Virus record (IMG/VR): IMGVR_UViG_3300017527_001400
Coordinates: 14,409 to 78,408 of that record
DNA length: 64,000 nucleotides
Source: a virus
Strand: one strand, 5' to 3'
Part shown: positions 46,576 through 57,606 of the stretch, piece after piece
Position numbering within the stretch: position 1 is the first letter of the stretch
Layout of the letters: each line of letters starts with the position of its first letter
The notes under the pieces: model-generated
Seen by the model: only the letters and a program-made list of their open reading frames with translations
Told to the model about the DNA's origin: nothing
Databases searched by the model: none
Made by a program: the position numbers and the translations under genes

Positions 46576-48279
46576 ATGGCAATTACAGCAGCGGACGTAT
46601 CCGTAGCCACGAACGGTGATATCCGATGGGAGGATGGTGGGGCGGGAGATGGCCCCTACACCGTTCTTGAACTCCATAGGTATCTGCAGAGCTTGGCTGA
46701 TGACCAGCAAGCGTCTGGTGATGATCTGCTCGACATCACCAGTCCAACCCCTTCCGAGCGTTCAACCGATAACATTATTACCCTGAATGGAACTTACAAT
46801 ATTGATGCTGAAATGGCTCAGCATCTTTATGACGGCTCCATCACGCAGGGTTCTGGGGACGAAGTTTATTCGGGTCTGGTAGTTGTGGGCGCGGTAAACT
46901 TATCTACCACCCTGATGATTGTTCAAGACAATGCCCTTTACGATGATGGTGTTCATACACCTTCTTCACCCTTCTGGGGCACTGGTTTAAACAGTGATGC
47001 AACGGCAAATATTCTGATGCGCTGTATGATTCTCACCAGATCAGGTGGTACAGATGTTGATGGAAAAAAGATCCGTGTTCAGGCTCGAGAGTATTTGGAC
47101 ACCTATGCTGAGTTCTCTGTAACACTTGGTCTTGGAAATTCCACGGCAGCTATTTTTACCAGTGACGATCTCAATAACACAACTGCTGCCGGTACAGTGG
47201 CAACATGGGATACCATTGTCAACAACACAGAAGGATACGTTGCGATTGATCTGGGTGGTGGTGATGGTGATAAGTATTACTATTCAGAATGGGACCGTGC
47301 AGCTTATACGATCAATCAGCTCTATGAACGGGCCAAGTGGCTGCAGAGAAGAGGAGCGACCTCAGATTCGTCAGGCGACCTTGAAGATCTCTATGGCATG
47401 GATGGTGAGTTGTTTCGAGGTATTACCCATCAGATTGCTGTAGATAATCCAGGCGGCACCTTCGATGCTTTTGAGCCCGTGTCGTGGAGTGGCGGGACCG
47501 GATATATGCTTGCCATCAACAGTCCTGGGGCAGCCACAGCAATGTGGATTCAGTTAACCAGTGGGGCTATTGTTACCGAAGATCAGGAAATCACAGGGAC
47601 AAATTCATCAGCGACCTGTGACGCGGACGCAACCATTACTTCTCGGCTGCTTTCGCCTTGTTTCCTTGGGCAGTCAACTGGTACAGCTATCATCGGTGGT
47701 TACGGTGTTGGCATTGAGTCAGCTGATTTGACCAGTTCGGACCTTCTTTTTGACCTTGCAAATGCAAGCCAGCAGCCTCCAAACAATGTGACATTCACTG
47801 TGTCCGGTTTGGTGGCTGGTGAAGATTATGTCTTGGTTACCAATGATGAGTCCACTGATATTGATTATGACCAATTGACTCTTGATACGGATTTGACCGC
47901 TTCTGGTCAGGTAGCCATTGTCTGTTCCGGCGCAATCCCTGTAGATACCCCAGCAGCAGGAACGGTGCGAGTTAATTTGGACTCCGGTATTTACCGGAGA
48001 GTAGCGTATACGTCTTATTCCGGTGTGACGTTTACCACGGCATCCACAGACTGGACCGATCCATTGGATGCTCAAGGAGCCAAGAACATCTTTATCAGTT
48101 ACATTGATAAATTGGCTGGCGCCACCTCTGAGGAGTTCACCACAATCTACAATGCGCCGAGAACACTGTTTATTCGGGTGCGCGACGGCGGTGGTTCTCC
48201 GATCAAGACTTACGAGACCACTGGTACCCTTGGGACTGCAGGCGGCTCAGCTACAGCAACAAGAACGCCTGACGCCTAA
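46576..48279 (+). CDS. virion structural protein
   Basis: AGGAG RBS; T/G/D-rich beta protein in structural operon. Confidence 0.7.
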   Translation: MAITAADVSVATNGDIRWEDGGAGDGPYTVLELHRYLQSLADDQQASGDDLLDITSPTPSERSTDNIITLNGTYNIDAEMAQHLYDGSITQGSGDEVYSGLVVVGAVNLSTTLMIVQDNALYDDGVHTPSSPFWGTGLNSDATANILMRCMILTRSGGTDVDGKKIRVQAREYLDTYAEFSVTLGLGNSTAAIFTSDDLNNTTAAGTVATWDTIVNNTEGYVAIDLGGGDGDKYYYSEWDRAAYTINQLYERAKWLQRRGATSDSSGDLEDLYGMDGELFRGITHQIAVDNPGGTFDAFEPVSWSGGTGYMLAINSPGAATAMWIQLTSGAIVTEDQEITGTNSSATCDADATITSRLLSPCFLGQSTGTAIIGGYGVGIESADLTSSDLLFDLANASQQPPNNVTFTVSGLVAGEDYVLVTNDESTDIDYDQLTLDTDLTASGQVAIVCSGAIPVDTPAAGTVRVNLDSGIYRRVAYTSYSGVTFTTASTDWTDPLDAQGAKNIFISYIDKLAGATSEEFTTIYNAPRTLFIRVRDGGGSPIKTYETTGTLGTAGGSATATRTPDA

Positions 48280-48290
48280 AGAGGTGGTTT

Positions 48291-49838
48291 GTGGCTTATT
48301 CAGACGATATATCCACTCTGGGGGCGGATCATCATTGGGACTTCGATGGTGATTCGCTCGACCAGATTGGTTCTATAGATGGCACAGATACGACCATGGA
48401 CTATACCCATTCTGCCATAGCCAAGGATGCCACATTCTGTGCTACTATAGATGCAAGGTCGGATAAAGTCTTATTATCCACGGCCACCACAATTGAGAAT
48501 GCAGCGAATGCCAGAAAAGCTGTGGGTGGATGGTTCGCAGTAGATTCTGTAGAGCTCCCTATGTGTGTTATTTATTCCGAAGGAACCTATCTAATCGGTT
48601 GTCACATGTATTTAATGCCTGGGAATAGTGTCGTTGCTGAAATACGTGATGGTGCAAATTTTCAGGTTCAAGTCTATTCTGACATGATTCTTGCGCCCGA
48701 CCGATCATACCATCTTTGTTTAATATTTGAAGGAACAGGATATGCAAATGAAGTTCGCTTTTATATAGATGGAATATCTCAATTAGACGCTGATCCTTCA
48801 GATCGACAACCCGATGTGGCCACCATAACTGCAAGAGCTCAAGTAGGCGTATTTGGAGATCCTACGCATACTGATGTTGGGATGGGTGGTACCGACTTTG
48901 CTGATGATATTCAAAGTCCCGGAGACAACAGATCAACTGAACAAGTTATTGATGCTTACTATCAGCACTGGTGTTGCTGGGGGGATGAAGCCGATGCAGT
49001 TCTAACGACTACTGAAGTAAGAGAAACATTGTTTGAACGTGGAGCCTTAGCGGATGTTACAATTAGCACCGGAACTGAATCCGCAATGCAAACTGCTTTA
49101 GATGTTTATGCCGATACAGTAAGAGGAAATGCGGCTTGCTGTATAGAAGTCGAAGCTGTTTCTGGCGGCGGCGATTTTACATTGGATTTAGATAATATCA
49201 CATTTAACAGCTTGGCATCGATTCATATCAGATATAATGGCACGGCTGATACATTAACTCTTATAAACAAAAACGGAGCTAATTGCTCCATTGTAGCCAA
49301 TCCCTTTGGTGGTAGTACTCAGGTCTTTACTGAAGTGGATATTGATGTTGCGATTCTGGACATTACTGATTCTGCTGGAATAGATGATGCAAGAGTTCTT
49401 GTCGAGGCTGATTCAGGAGGTGCCTTGCCTTCAGATGATGTTGTTACGATTACAAGATCAGTAAGAACCGCCACGGTATCGCATACAGCTCATGGGTTAT
49501 CCACTGGAGATTACATTGGCATCCGAAATGCGAATCAAGGAGACTATAACGGCATAAAACAAATCACAGTGACCACAGTTGATGCTTATACCTATTCAGC
49601 TTCAAGTAACACCCCGTCTCCAGCAACCGGTACAATTACGGCCACTGCCGTCTTGCTTAATGATATCACGGACTCAAATGGAGATGCAACAAACACCTTT
49701 TTGTACAGTGCAGATCAGCCGGTACGGGGGCTTGCCCGAAAAGGATCGTCAAGCCCTTATCATAAAACAGGAGCTTTTGCTTCAACAATAACATCGAGCG
49801 GAGTTTCTATAACGGTGCTTTTAACGGGAGACGAATAA
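48291..49838 (+). CDS. virion protein with LamG/concanavalin-like domain
   Basis: HHWDFDG, GGWF, YHLCLIF..VRFYIDG; C-terminal domain shared with 50074. Confidence 0.7.
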   Translation: MAYSDDISTLGADHHWDFDGDSLDQIGSIDGTDTTMDYTHSAIAKDATFCATIDARSDKVLLSTATTIENAANARKAVGGWFAVDSVELPMCVIYSEGTYLIGCHMYLMPGNSVVAEIRDGANFQVQVYSDMILAPDRSYHLCLIFEGTGYANEVRFYIDGISQLDADPSDRQPDVATITARAQVGVFGDPTHTDVGMGGTDFADDIQSPGDNRSTEQVIDAYYQHWCCWGDEADAVLTTTEVRETLFERGALADVTISTGTESAMQTALDVYADTVRGNAACCIEVEAVSGGGDFTLDLDNITFNSLASIHIRYNGTADTLTLINKNGANCSIVANPFGGSTQVFTEVDIDVAILDITDSAGIDDARVLVEADSGGALPSDDVVTITRSVRTATVSHTAHGLSTGDYIGIRNANQGDYNGIKQITVTTVDAYTYSASSNTPSPATGTITATAVLLNDITDSNGDATNTFLYSADQPVRGLARKGSSSPYHKTGAFASTITSSGVSITVLLTGDE

Positions 49839-50074
49839 TGAGTGTTCCATTTGGAAATCATTTTGGAGCAGGCTTTAAAGAAGCTGTTATAGTCTTGGAA
49901 GCTTTGCAGAAAGTCTCTTTTGACGAACCTGAAAAAGAAAAGGAACGGTTAAGCATGATTAATTATATAGACTCTAAGTTAAAGTCTGTATATCCGTATC
50001 AGTGGGATGATTATTTTCATGAGTATCCCACGGCAACTGGCCCTGGAAAACTTGAAGCGGAGAGAGAAACCTAA
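49838..50074 (+). CDS. hypothetical protein
   Basis: TAATG coupling on both sides. Confidence 0.65.
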   Translation: MSVPFGNHFGAGFKEAVIVLEALQKVSFDEPEKEKERLSMINYIDSKLKSVYPYQWDDYFHEYPTATGPGKLEAERET

Positions 50075-52587
50075 TGGCATCTCCAGCATACCAAGATGGA
50101 AATTCTCAAAGAACACTGGCAGCGGTGTCTTTAACTTTTACTATCCCTGCGGGTGCCAGCCAAGGTGATTTTATGATTGTGTTTGTGAAACAATCTGAAA
50201 ACACAGGGGCACAAGAATGGGATGATGATGGTGGTGGTGGCAACGGATGGACTCGACTTGATTATCACCGGACTACTAGTGGAAGAGATCAAGAAACAGC
50301 GATTTTTTATAAATTCCACGATGGGTCCGAGTCTAATCCTACTTTTACTTGGTGGTCTGGCGGAACAAACTCAGTAATGTCTGGTATCTTCTTGGTTTAT
50401 GATAATGTTGATACGGTTGAGCCCATAAATGATTTTGCTTGGCAATGGGCTCAAAATGATTGCAATCCTCCTAATCCAGATGCTGAAGTGTCCTATATCA
50501 ATACAAAGGTAATTTGTTTTCATGCTGCTACCCATGATGATATTAGTTCTGTTGGGGCACCCACTGGATTCACTATAAGAGATTATCAATATGGTGGTTC
50601 TGCTCAACATACATGGGATCATACAGATATATTCTCTGCTGATATAGAAATTGATACCATTGCAACATATTCTCCTCCCGATTGGACTCATGGTGCTGCA
50701 AACACAACTCCTGAATATCATACATACACGGTGGCATTGAATGAGCTCCAGCCAATTCATCTCACAAGCCCAGCAACAGGAACAAAGATGCAGTGGAATG
50801 ATACCAATAAAACAGTTGGGGGAGATGGGTTTGAAAGCACACAGGGGACAGGCAAGCTTGAGCTGTGGAGTGACACAAATGATGACTCTGGGACGGTTAA
50901 AACAGCCCAGTCCATTGACAGCTGGTCAGACACCTCAATCCAGTACGATGTGACCCAGGGGTCCCTGGTGGATGGTATTAATTATTTGGTCGTCACAAAT
51001 GACACTGGTGATGTATCCAATAAAAGAGCCGTTAATATTGGCTTTGGTCCGTATGCTCCGATCATTTCTACTGACGCAGATTTGTACTGGAAAATGAACA
51101 ACAGCTATGATGATGATGGTGCCAGAAACGACAATAAACCATTTAATGCTGTACAGCGAGGAACACCAACTTTCAGTGCAACTCCAATTTGTAGGACGAA
51201 CACACATTCATTTAACCTCAGCGATTCTGCTGATGGGTCTGAGCCTGCAAACTCTGATTATACAAATATCACCAACACCCATACGTATAGAAATGTTGGA
51301 GGATGGGTCAGGATAGAAGCGTTGCAGACTTACCCTGCTATCATTTACGAAGAAGGTGGTGGTGTAAACAATATCTATGCCCTGATGATGCCCAACGGCA
51401 GGCTGATGATTAATGTGGCAGACTCAAGCGGAGATCCTGATTTTAAATATCAGCATTATTCTGATTTTGCACTCACGACAGCAAGACCATATTATTTGCA
51501 CATAGCAGCGGAATTCGGAGACCACTTCGATTTATACATTGATGGCGTATTGCAGACAGCGGATCACGCAGGGACGCTGGGATCAGACACAACTATGTCA
51601 ACTCATTCTGGTGATTGGAGCTTTGGCGATCCCGGAGCCAACCTTGACACAGGCGGAGTTGATATTGCCTATAATGCCTGCAACCCAGCTTATCTGGCTC
51701 ACTGGGGGACTTGGTCTGGGATTGGCGGCGGTGCTCCTCTGACAACGGCCCAGATCAGAGATGAGCTTTTTAGAGAAGGGGCTCTGGCAGAGCATACTAT
51801 TTCAGCTGGAACAGAAGCTGCTATGCAGACCGCCATGGATGCCTATGACTCTCAAACCCATAAGGACTGGCCCCTGACTTATGACATTGAAGATGTGACA
51901 GGTGGAGGGGATCTCAACCTCGATATAACAGATCAGGTATGGCCGGACGAATGCAAATTTCACATCAGATGGTTAGGAGGAGGCACTTTAACTATTCGCA
52001 ATCTGGGAACTTCAAACTTTGAAACCTCTAAAGCGTATTCACCAACAGAGGGGACAATTGCAGTAATAGAAACTGTCAGTGCGGAAATTACTGTAAAGGA
52101 CGCAGCAGACAGTACAGTGCTTTCAGATGCCAGGGTGCTTTTGCTCGCTGCTACCGGTGGACCTCTGCCTTTTGAAGACTCCATATCTATAACAAGGTCT
52201 GGCTATCCACCAAAGGCTACAGTAACCCACACAGCACATGGGTTGGTGACAGAAAATAAAATATTGATTGAAAGTGCGACTCAAAATGAATATAATGGAA
52301 TCAAAGCGATAACAATCACATCAGTGAATACCTATACTTTTACAGTTAGTGGGTCACCTACAACCCCTGCAACAGGTTCTCCAACGGCAACATCAGTAAT
52401 AATTGATGATGATACAGATTCAGAAGGAATAGCTTTGACGAATGAACATAGGTACACATCAAGCCAGCCCGTTTCAGGAAAAGCAAGGTTGGGATCTACC
52501 AGCCCGTTTTATAAGCCAGGAAGTTATTCAGGAACCATAACCAGTTCAGGTCTATCGGGAAACATATTTTTAGTAGGAGACGAATAA
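50074..52587 (+). CDS. virion protein with LamG-like domain (paralog of 48291)
   Basis: LYWKMN, VGGWV, IYEEGG, DLYIDG; ATVTHTAHGL..EYNGIK.IT. Confidence 0.7.
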   Translation: MASPAYQDGNSQRTLAAVSLTFTIPAGASQGDFMIVFVKQSENTGAQEWDDDGGGGNGWTRLDYHRTTSGRDQETAIFYKFHDGSESNPTFTWWSGGTNSVMSGIFLVYDNVDTVEPINDFAWQWAQNDCNPPNPDAEVSYINTKVICFHAATHDDISSVGAPTGFTIRDYQYGGSAQHTWDHTDIFSADIEIDTIATYSPPDWTHGAANTTPEYHTYTVALNELQPIHLTSPATGTKMQWNDTNKTVGGDGFESTQGTGKLELWSDTNDDSGTVKTAQSIDSWSDTSIQYDVTQGSLVDGINYLVVTNDTGDVSNKRAVNIGFGPYAPIISTDADLYWKMNNSYDDDGARNDNKPFNAVQRGTPTFSATPICRTNTHSFNLSDSADGSEPANSDYTNITNTHTYRNVGGWVRIEALQTYPAIIYEEGGGVNNIYALMMPNGRLMINVADSSGDPDFKYQHYSDFALTTARPYYLHIAAEFGDHFDLYIDGVLQTADHAGTLGSDTTMSTHSGDWSFGDPGANLDTGGVDIAYNACNPAYLAHWGTWSGIGGGAPLTTAQIRDELFREGALAEHTISAGTEAAMQTAMDAYDSQTHKDWPLTYDIEDVTGGGDLNLDITDQVWPDECKFHIRWLGGGTLTIRNLGTSNFETSKAYSPTEGTIAVIETVSAEITVKDAADSTVLSDARVLLLAATGGPLPFEDSISITRSGYPPKATVTHTAHGLVTENKILIESATQNEYNGIKAITITSVNTYTFTVSGSPTTPATGSPTATSVIIDDDTDSEGIALTNEHRYTSSQPVSGKARLGSTSPFYKPGSYSGTITSSGLSGNIFLVGDE

Positions 52588-52904
52588 TGCCAGAAGAAAA
52601 ACATATCCATTTAGTAAGAGAAGTGCCTGATATTGACGATGTTGAAGATATCAAAGAAATAAAGAAAAAGTATGATTATGTGAAAAGACTTCTGGCCTCC
52701 GTGAATGAGTCATGCAAAAAAATGGAAATTAACATGAGAATCCTGTCTGAACAAAACCAAATGTTAATTGCGGAGAAAACCCAGTGGGAGCAGCAAAAAG
52801 CACTTCAGACAGATGTCATACAAAAAGAATTATCGAAGAAGGATGCAGTCATCGAAGAACTGCAGCAGGAAATTCAGAACTTAAGAGAAAAACTTAAGAA
52901 ATAA
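52587..52904 (+). CDS. coiled-coil protein
   Basis: Heptad-rich 105 aa. Confidence 0.65.
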   Translation: MPEEKHIHLVREVPDIDDVEDIKEIKKKYDYVKRLLASVNESCKKMEINMRILSEQNQMLIAEKTQWEQQKALQTDVIQKELSKKDAVIEELQQEIQNLREKLKK

Positions 52905-52914
52905 GAGGTAAGTC

Positions 52915-53643
52915 ATGGCGGTATCAATAGACCCAGTAACGGGAGTGATTACCGTTCCGCAATCCGATTTGTCTCATGTGACCGGAACTCTGTACGAACT
53001 GGATACAGACTGGCTCAGGCTTCAATTAAAGAGCTGGGAAGATTCTGAAGAAGGAATAGTATTTCCTGATACACATCAGCATAATACCGAAATTACTGTA
53101 GCTGGGATCACTTATGCCAGAACAATTGAAATTATCAATGGATATTCAATTACATTTTCTCCAGATTCTCAATGGTCTTGCAGACTTGCTGGATCAAACA
53201 ACAATTTCTTTGATATCGAAAATAATATTCTTAATCAGAACCAAGTGCAGGTCATACCGACAAACTCTGCTGGTCTTCAAGTAGTAACACAAGGTTCTGG
53301 AGTTACTCAACAAGACAAGGACGATATCGTAGATGGTGTTTGGGACGAAGCAATCAGCGCTCACACCGATGTTGGATCTACTGGAGAAGCAGTACAACAA
53401 AACGTACCATCAGCGTCTGAGATAACGGCAGCGGTGTGGGGCCATTCGGATGCGGTCTTTCTGCTAAAGGTTATAAAAAACAAAAAAGTTCTGGACAAAT
53501 CAGGTAATGTCTGGCGTCTTATTATATACGATGACGACAATTCAACACCAATTCTTCAAAAAAATCTTAAAGACAGTGATGGGAATAATATTTCTGATAT
53601 GGCAGCCGGCGTCCTCGCACAGGAGATAAAGAGCAGTGTTTAA
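52915..53643 (+). CDS. virion structural protein
   Basis: GAGGT RBS; VWDE/VW repeats. Confidence 0.65.
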   Translation: MAVSIDPVTGVITVPQSDLSHVTGTLYELDTDWLRLQLKSWEDSEEGIVFPDTHQHNTEITVAGITYARTIEIINGYSITFSPDSQWSCRLAGSNNNFFDIENNILNQNQVQVIPTNSAGLQVVTQGSGVTQQDKDDIVDGVWDEAISAHTDVGSTGEAVQQNVPSASEITAAVWGHSDAVFLLKVIKNKKVLDKSGNVWRLIIYDDDNSTPILQKNLKDSDGNNISDMAAGVLAQEIKSSV

Positions 53644-53925
53644 TATTCAACCAGGCACAGGATTAGGATTTGCTGGATCAAAACAAATTGCTTTAGGTTT
53701 GGGTAATATTGGAGAAGCTGTTGAATATGTATACAAAATATTAAAAGACATCAGAACAATAATAACTGAACAATTCAGCATTACATGGGAACCAGATGAC
53801 TGAAGCATTTGACATTAATACAACTGATGTGGAAGAATTCGGCATAGAGACAGAAGATGTTGAAGACTTCAGCATAACTACAACCGAAGTTGAAACCTTT
53901 GCACTCATTGGAGAGGTGGAATAAA

Positions 53926-54309
53926 ATGGCAGAATTCGAAGTAGAAATCGAAGTTGGTTATAACACACTGAACTGGGGTGTTTATAAATTCACATTTCCA
54001 ATTTGCTCAACGGCTGATGCAAATGACGGATTAATTCCATTCGGAACAACAGTGGTTAATGCAGAGGTTAAAGCATATAGTGGGAATGTTAAAAGAAAGT
54101 CCGACTTAAGTTTATTTACATTAGTTCCAGGGCTTGTTGATGATGATAGTTCATATCCAATCACTGTTGTAAATGACAATGAAGTTCATATTACATTGTC
54201 GTATCCAGGTGATTCATATAAAGGGGAAAAGGTCACCCTTATTTTCGAATTAGAACTAACATCTGGACCAAAAAGATCATTTTATCATCAATACATTAAA
54301 GTGAGGTAA
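53926..54309 (+). CDS. virion-associated hypothetical protein
   Basis: GAGGTGG RBS; MAEFEVEIEV start. Confidence 0.6.
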   Translation: MAEFEVEIEVGYNTLNWGVYKFTFPICSTADANDGLIPFGTTVVNAEVKAYSGNVKRKSDLSLFTLVPGLVDDDSSYPITVVNDNEVHITLSYPGDSYKGEKVTLIFELELTSGPKRSFYHQYIKVR

Positions 54310-54314
54310 CAATC

Positions 54315-54821
54315 ATGGCAGACATGATAGTTGAAACCGGCTCGGGGCTGGCCAATGCTAATTCATATGTGACACTTGACGATGCTGACTTGTATCATGA
54401 GATGCGACTTCATGTAGCGACATGGACAGCCGCCTCCGATGACACAAAAGAGGCTGCTCTGATGTGGGCAACCCGCCTGCTTGACAACTTGATCGATTGG
54501 AGTGGGTATAAAACGTCAGAAACACAGGCATTGCGCTGGCCCCGTAGCTTCACTTATGACCTTGATGGATACCTGATTGAATCTTCCATTATACCAGATT
54601 TCTTAAAAAGTGCAACTGCGGAATACGCAAGAAATCTGATAGACGAAGACCCAACAGGGGATAACGATCTGGCAGGATTCAAGAAACTGAAGATCGATGT
54701 CCTTGAAATCGAAGTTGATAAGTGGAGCGAGACAGGGTCCATTCCTTTATCAGTATGGAATATGGTCAAACAATACGGACAAAAATTTACCAACCAAAGC
54801 AGAGTTCTTGAAAGGACATAA
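54315..54821 (+). CDS. head-tail adaptor (DnaT-like family)
   Basis: IVETGSGLANANSYVT, QALRWPR. Confidence 0.8.
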   Translation: MADMIVETGSGLANANSYVTLDDADLYHEMRLHVATWTAASDDTKEAALMWATRLLDNLIDWSGYKTSETQALRWPRSFTYDLDGYLIESSIIPDFLKSATAEYARNLIDEDPTGDNDLAGFKKLKIDVLEIEVDKWSETGSIPLSVWNMVKQYGQKFTNQSRVLERT

Positions 54822-55192
54822 TGGCTGGATCCTTAAAAACAGCTTTCAGAAAGGCAGCGGTAGCCGCTTTTACTGCGGCAGGTGATGTAAAAAGATCCGT
54901 TACATTTAGAAGCATGACAAATAGTGCTGGATATGATACAAGTACTGGTACAGTAAACAGTACCTATACAGACTACACTGTTTCTATGTTGATTTTTAGG
55001 GTAAACGCCAACGAAGTAGGCCAAGGAATCATACAGGCAAACGATGAATGGGCGTTGATTCCACAATACAGCTTGACACCGGTACCAAAGGTAAATGATA
55101 TTATTATTGACGGAACAAGCGAATGGAAAATAACCCAAATAAAAGATGACGGCGCAGACGTTCTGTGGAAGTTTCTTATAAGGAAGCCATAA
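54821..55192 (+). CDS. head closure protein
   Basis: YDTSTG, PKVNDII; position. Confidence 0.65.
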   Translation: MAGSLKTAFRKAAVAAFTAAGDVKRSVTFRSMTNSAGYDTSTGTVNSTYTDYTVSMLIFRVNANEVGQGIIQANDEWALIPQYSLTPVPKVNDIIIDGTSEWKITQIKDDGADVLWKFLIRKP

Positions 55193-55680
55193 TGCCAGGT
55201 CCAACAATATCAAAACAGCACATGCTTAGAACGCATGAAAGATTCCAAGAAGCTCTGAACGAGCAAAAGATCCAGATAAGTAAACTTGGAAGCAACGTTG
55301 TTAAGGCCATAGCAAGAAAGACACTTGGCAGGCTTGTATCAAGATCACCAATAGATACAGGTAGATACGTATCAAGCCATAAGGTTTCCATTGGCGGCAT
55401 GGTCTCGTCTGAAAAAGAAACAGATGAAAGATTTGATGCACCACAAAAAAACCGAAGAAGCGCAACAGGATTCGCCATAGCCAACGGTCAACGAGTAATC
55501 GCAAAGGCAAAGAATCCAAAAAAGATAACAATAAACAATACAGCAGAATATGCAATCAGCGTAGAAGTTGGCATAGGGTGGAAAATGACACCCGGGTATT
55601 TCGTTTACCATCATACACTTGCTGATATGATGGAAGAAGCCCCAGCAATAATAAAAGCTGAAGAGGCAAAAATAAAATGA
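55192..55680 (+). CDS. HK97 gp10-like tail completion protein
   Basis: SPIDTGRY..SH.VS, INN.AEYA..VE.G. Confidence 0.75.
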   Translation: MPGPTISKQHMLRTHERFQEALNEQKIQISKLGSNVVKAIARKTLGRLVSRSPIDTGRYVSSHKVSIGGMVSSEKETDERFDAPQKNRRSATGFAIANGQRVIAKAKNPKKITINNTAEYAISVEVGIGWKMTPGYFVYHHTLADMMEEAPAIIKAEEAKIK

Positions 55681-56075
55681 GCTTTGAAACAGAAGCACAA
55701 TATATAGAAGATAGATTTGGAACAGAGTGGGGATCAACAACTGATATAAAATGGGATAATGTAGATTATGTTCCCACAGCCAGCAACAGTTATGTGGAAA
55801 TTGAAATTCATAATAGCAGCTCAAACGTAGCTGGCTTCGGTGGTGATGACATGATGTATAGGATGCGGGGCATTATCTCTATAAAAATATTTGCAGCCTT
55901 GAACTCCGGAACCAGGGCGGCAAAGGTGCTTGCAGACACAGCGGCTGAAATTTTCAGGGGAGAACATTTCAATGGCATAAACTGCGGTGCACCAATGATA
56001 AACAGGTTAGGTAAGGTTGAAGACTGGTTTATCTACACAGTAACCGTTCCTTTCTACAGGAACGAAATCCTTTAA
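55677..56075 (+). CDS. tail terminator protein
   Basis: WDNV.Y, G.I.I.IF...SG......AD..A.IF, V.VPF. Confidence 0.75.
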   Translation: MSFETEAQYIEDRFGTEWGSTTDIKWDNVDYVPTASNSYVEIEIHNSSSNVAGFGGDDMMYRMRGIISIKIFAALNSGTRAAKVLADTAAEIFRGEHFNGINCGAPMINRLGKVEDWFIYTVTVPFYRNEIL

Positions 56076-56090
56076 TAGGAGGACATTGCA

Positions 56091-57059
56091 ATGTCAGAAT
56101 CGAATCGAACAAGACTCGCGTATATCGCGGAACAGACATGGAACACTACCCCCGCATCCCCTGAACTTCAAGCACTGCGAATTACTGGTGAATCTTTTGT
56201 CCATAATATCGACAATATCACCAGTGCTGAGATCAGAAATGATCGAAACGTTGCAGCGCTGATTCAGGCCAGTAAATATTCCGGGGGTGGATTTAACTTT
56301 GAACTCTCTTCTGGAAGCTACGATGACCTGCTTGTTGCGGCCCTGTTTTCTTCGGGTTGGACAGAGCAAGATTCAAGTGGCGGAAACGAAGAAATCAAAA
56401 ATGGTGTTACCCAGACATCATTCTCAGTGGAACGAGCCAATCTCGACAAAACTCAATTCTTCATGTTTCCAGGCCAAGTTGTTAACACTCTCAATCTGAC
56501 AGTGTCAGCCGGTGCCATCGTAACAGGTAGTTTTGACTTTATGGGTGGATTCCCTGCAACGGGTCTGCAACAGACAACCTTTGATGCCAGCTCCAATACG
56601 ACACCAAAGGCAGCCTCCACTACAGATCCCTTCAACGGAATTGGAAATGTTGGAACCATCAAAGAAGGTGGTGTAGCCCTGTCAGGAATTTATCTTTCTG
56701 AAATTTCCTTTTCTCTTTCCAATAATCTTCGTTCTCTGCCTGCACTTGGTCAGGATACACCTATCCAGATCTCAGCCGGCAAGTGTGATATTACCGGTAC
56801 AGTAACAGCGTACTTCGAGGACGAATCTCTTTATGACAAATTTATCGGTGGAACAGAGACCTCCATGGAGTTTACTCTGACAGACGCGGATTCCAATACC
56901 ATTCGCTTCAATTTCCCATTGGTAAAGTATGAGTCCGATACAGCGAATGCTACAGGCCAGGATACAGATATCATGGAGACTCTGGGTTTCAGAGCCATTT
57001 ATGATACGTCCGAGGCAGCTCAAATCGTAATTGAGCGTAGCAGCGCTCTTTCTTACTAA
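56091..57059 (+). CDS. major tail tube protein
   Basis: LAYIAE..W.TTP, SAEIR.DR, FSLSNNL, ITGTVTAYFED..LY.KF. Confidence 0.85.
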   Translation: MSESNRTRLAYIAEQTWNTTPASPELQALRITGESFVHNIDNITSAEIRNDRNVAALIQASKYSGGGFNFELSSGSYDDLLVAALFSSGWTEQDSSGGNEEIKNGVTQTSFSVERANLDKTQFFMFPGQVVNTLNLTVSAGAIVTGSFDFMGGFPATGLQQTTFDASSNTTPKAASTTDPFNGIGNVGTIKEGGVALSGIYLSEISFSLSNNLRSLPALGQDTPIQISAGKCDITGTVTAYFEDESLYDKFIGGTETSMEFTLTDADSNTIRFNFPLVKYESDTANATGQDTDIMETLGFRAIYDTSEAAQIVIERSSALSY

Positions 57060-57174
57060 ATAGTTTTGGGCCGGAGTAGTTCTACGAATTCTGCTTGTGG
57101 CCCCGTCATGCAGACTTTGGTGCTCCGGCCCAAATAACAACGGGGAATATAATTTAACGGGGAGGGACTTAACA

Positions 57175-57606
57175 ATGAAATTTGCAACATTTGAAGATGA
57201 ATTCACATCTGAACTGGACATCGCAGAACTGGACTTTGGGTTCAACAGTAAGAACGAACCACTGAGATTCATCATCCGTGAAACTGGCAGTCCGGAACAT
57301 GAGAAGGTCCAACGGAAGTATTCGAAGGCATTGACAGCCAGCCGCCGTAATCGTGTTCGTTATAGAGCTGTTATGGCAAAGATCGTAGGCGAATCAATAC
57401 TAATTGATTGGAAAGGTGTACTGGACGATGAAGGGAATGAAGTGCCTTGCACCCTTGAAAACAAAATCGAAGCCCTGACAAAATATAAAAAGCTTTTTGT
57501 TGAGATCATCGATTTTGCTTCCGACCAAACAAACTTCGAAGTACCAGAAACAGAGCTTGATGATGAAGCGTTGAGTCCTGACGAGGATACGGAAAAAAAC
57601 TCATAG
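57175..57606 (+). CDS. tail assembly chaperone
   Basis: LIDWKGV..EG.EVP.T.EN; ends at slippery A AAA AAC. Confidence 0.8.
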   Translation: MKFATFEDEFTSELDIAELDFGFNSKNEPLRFIIRETGSPEHEKVQRKYSKALTASRRNRVRYRAVMAKIVGESILIDWKGVLDDEGNEVPCTLENKIEALTKYKKLFVEIIDFASDQTNFEVPETELDDEALSPDEDTEKNS

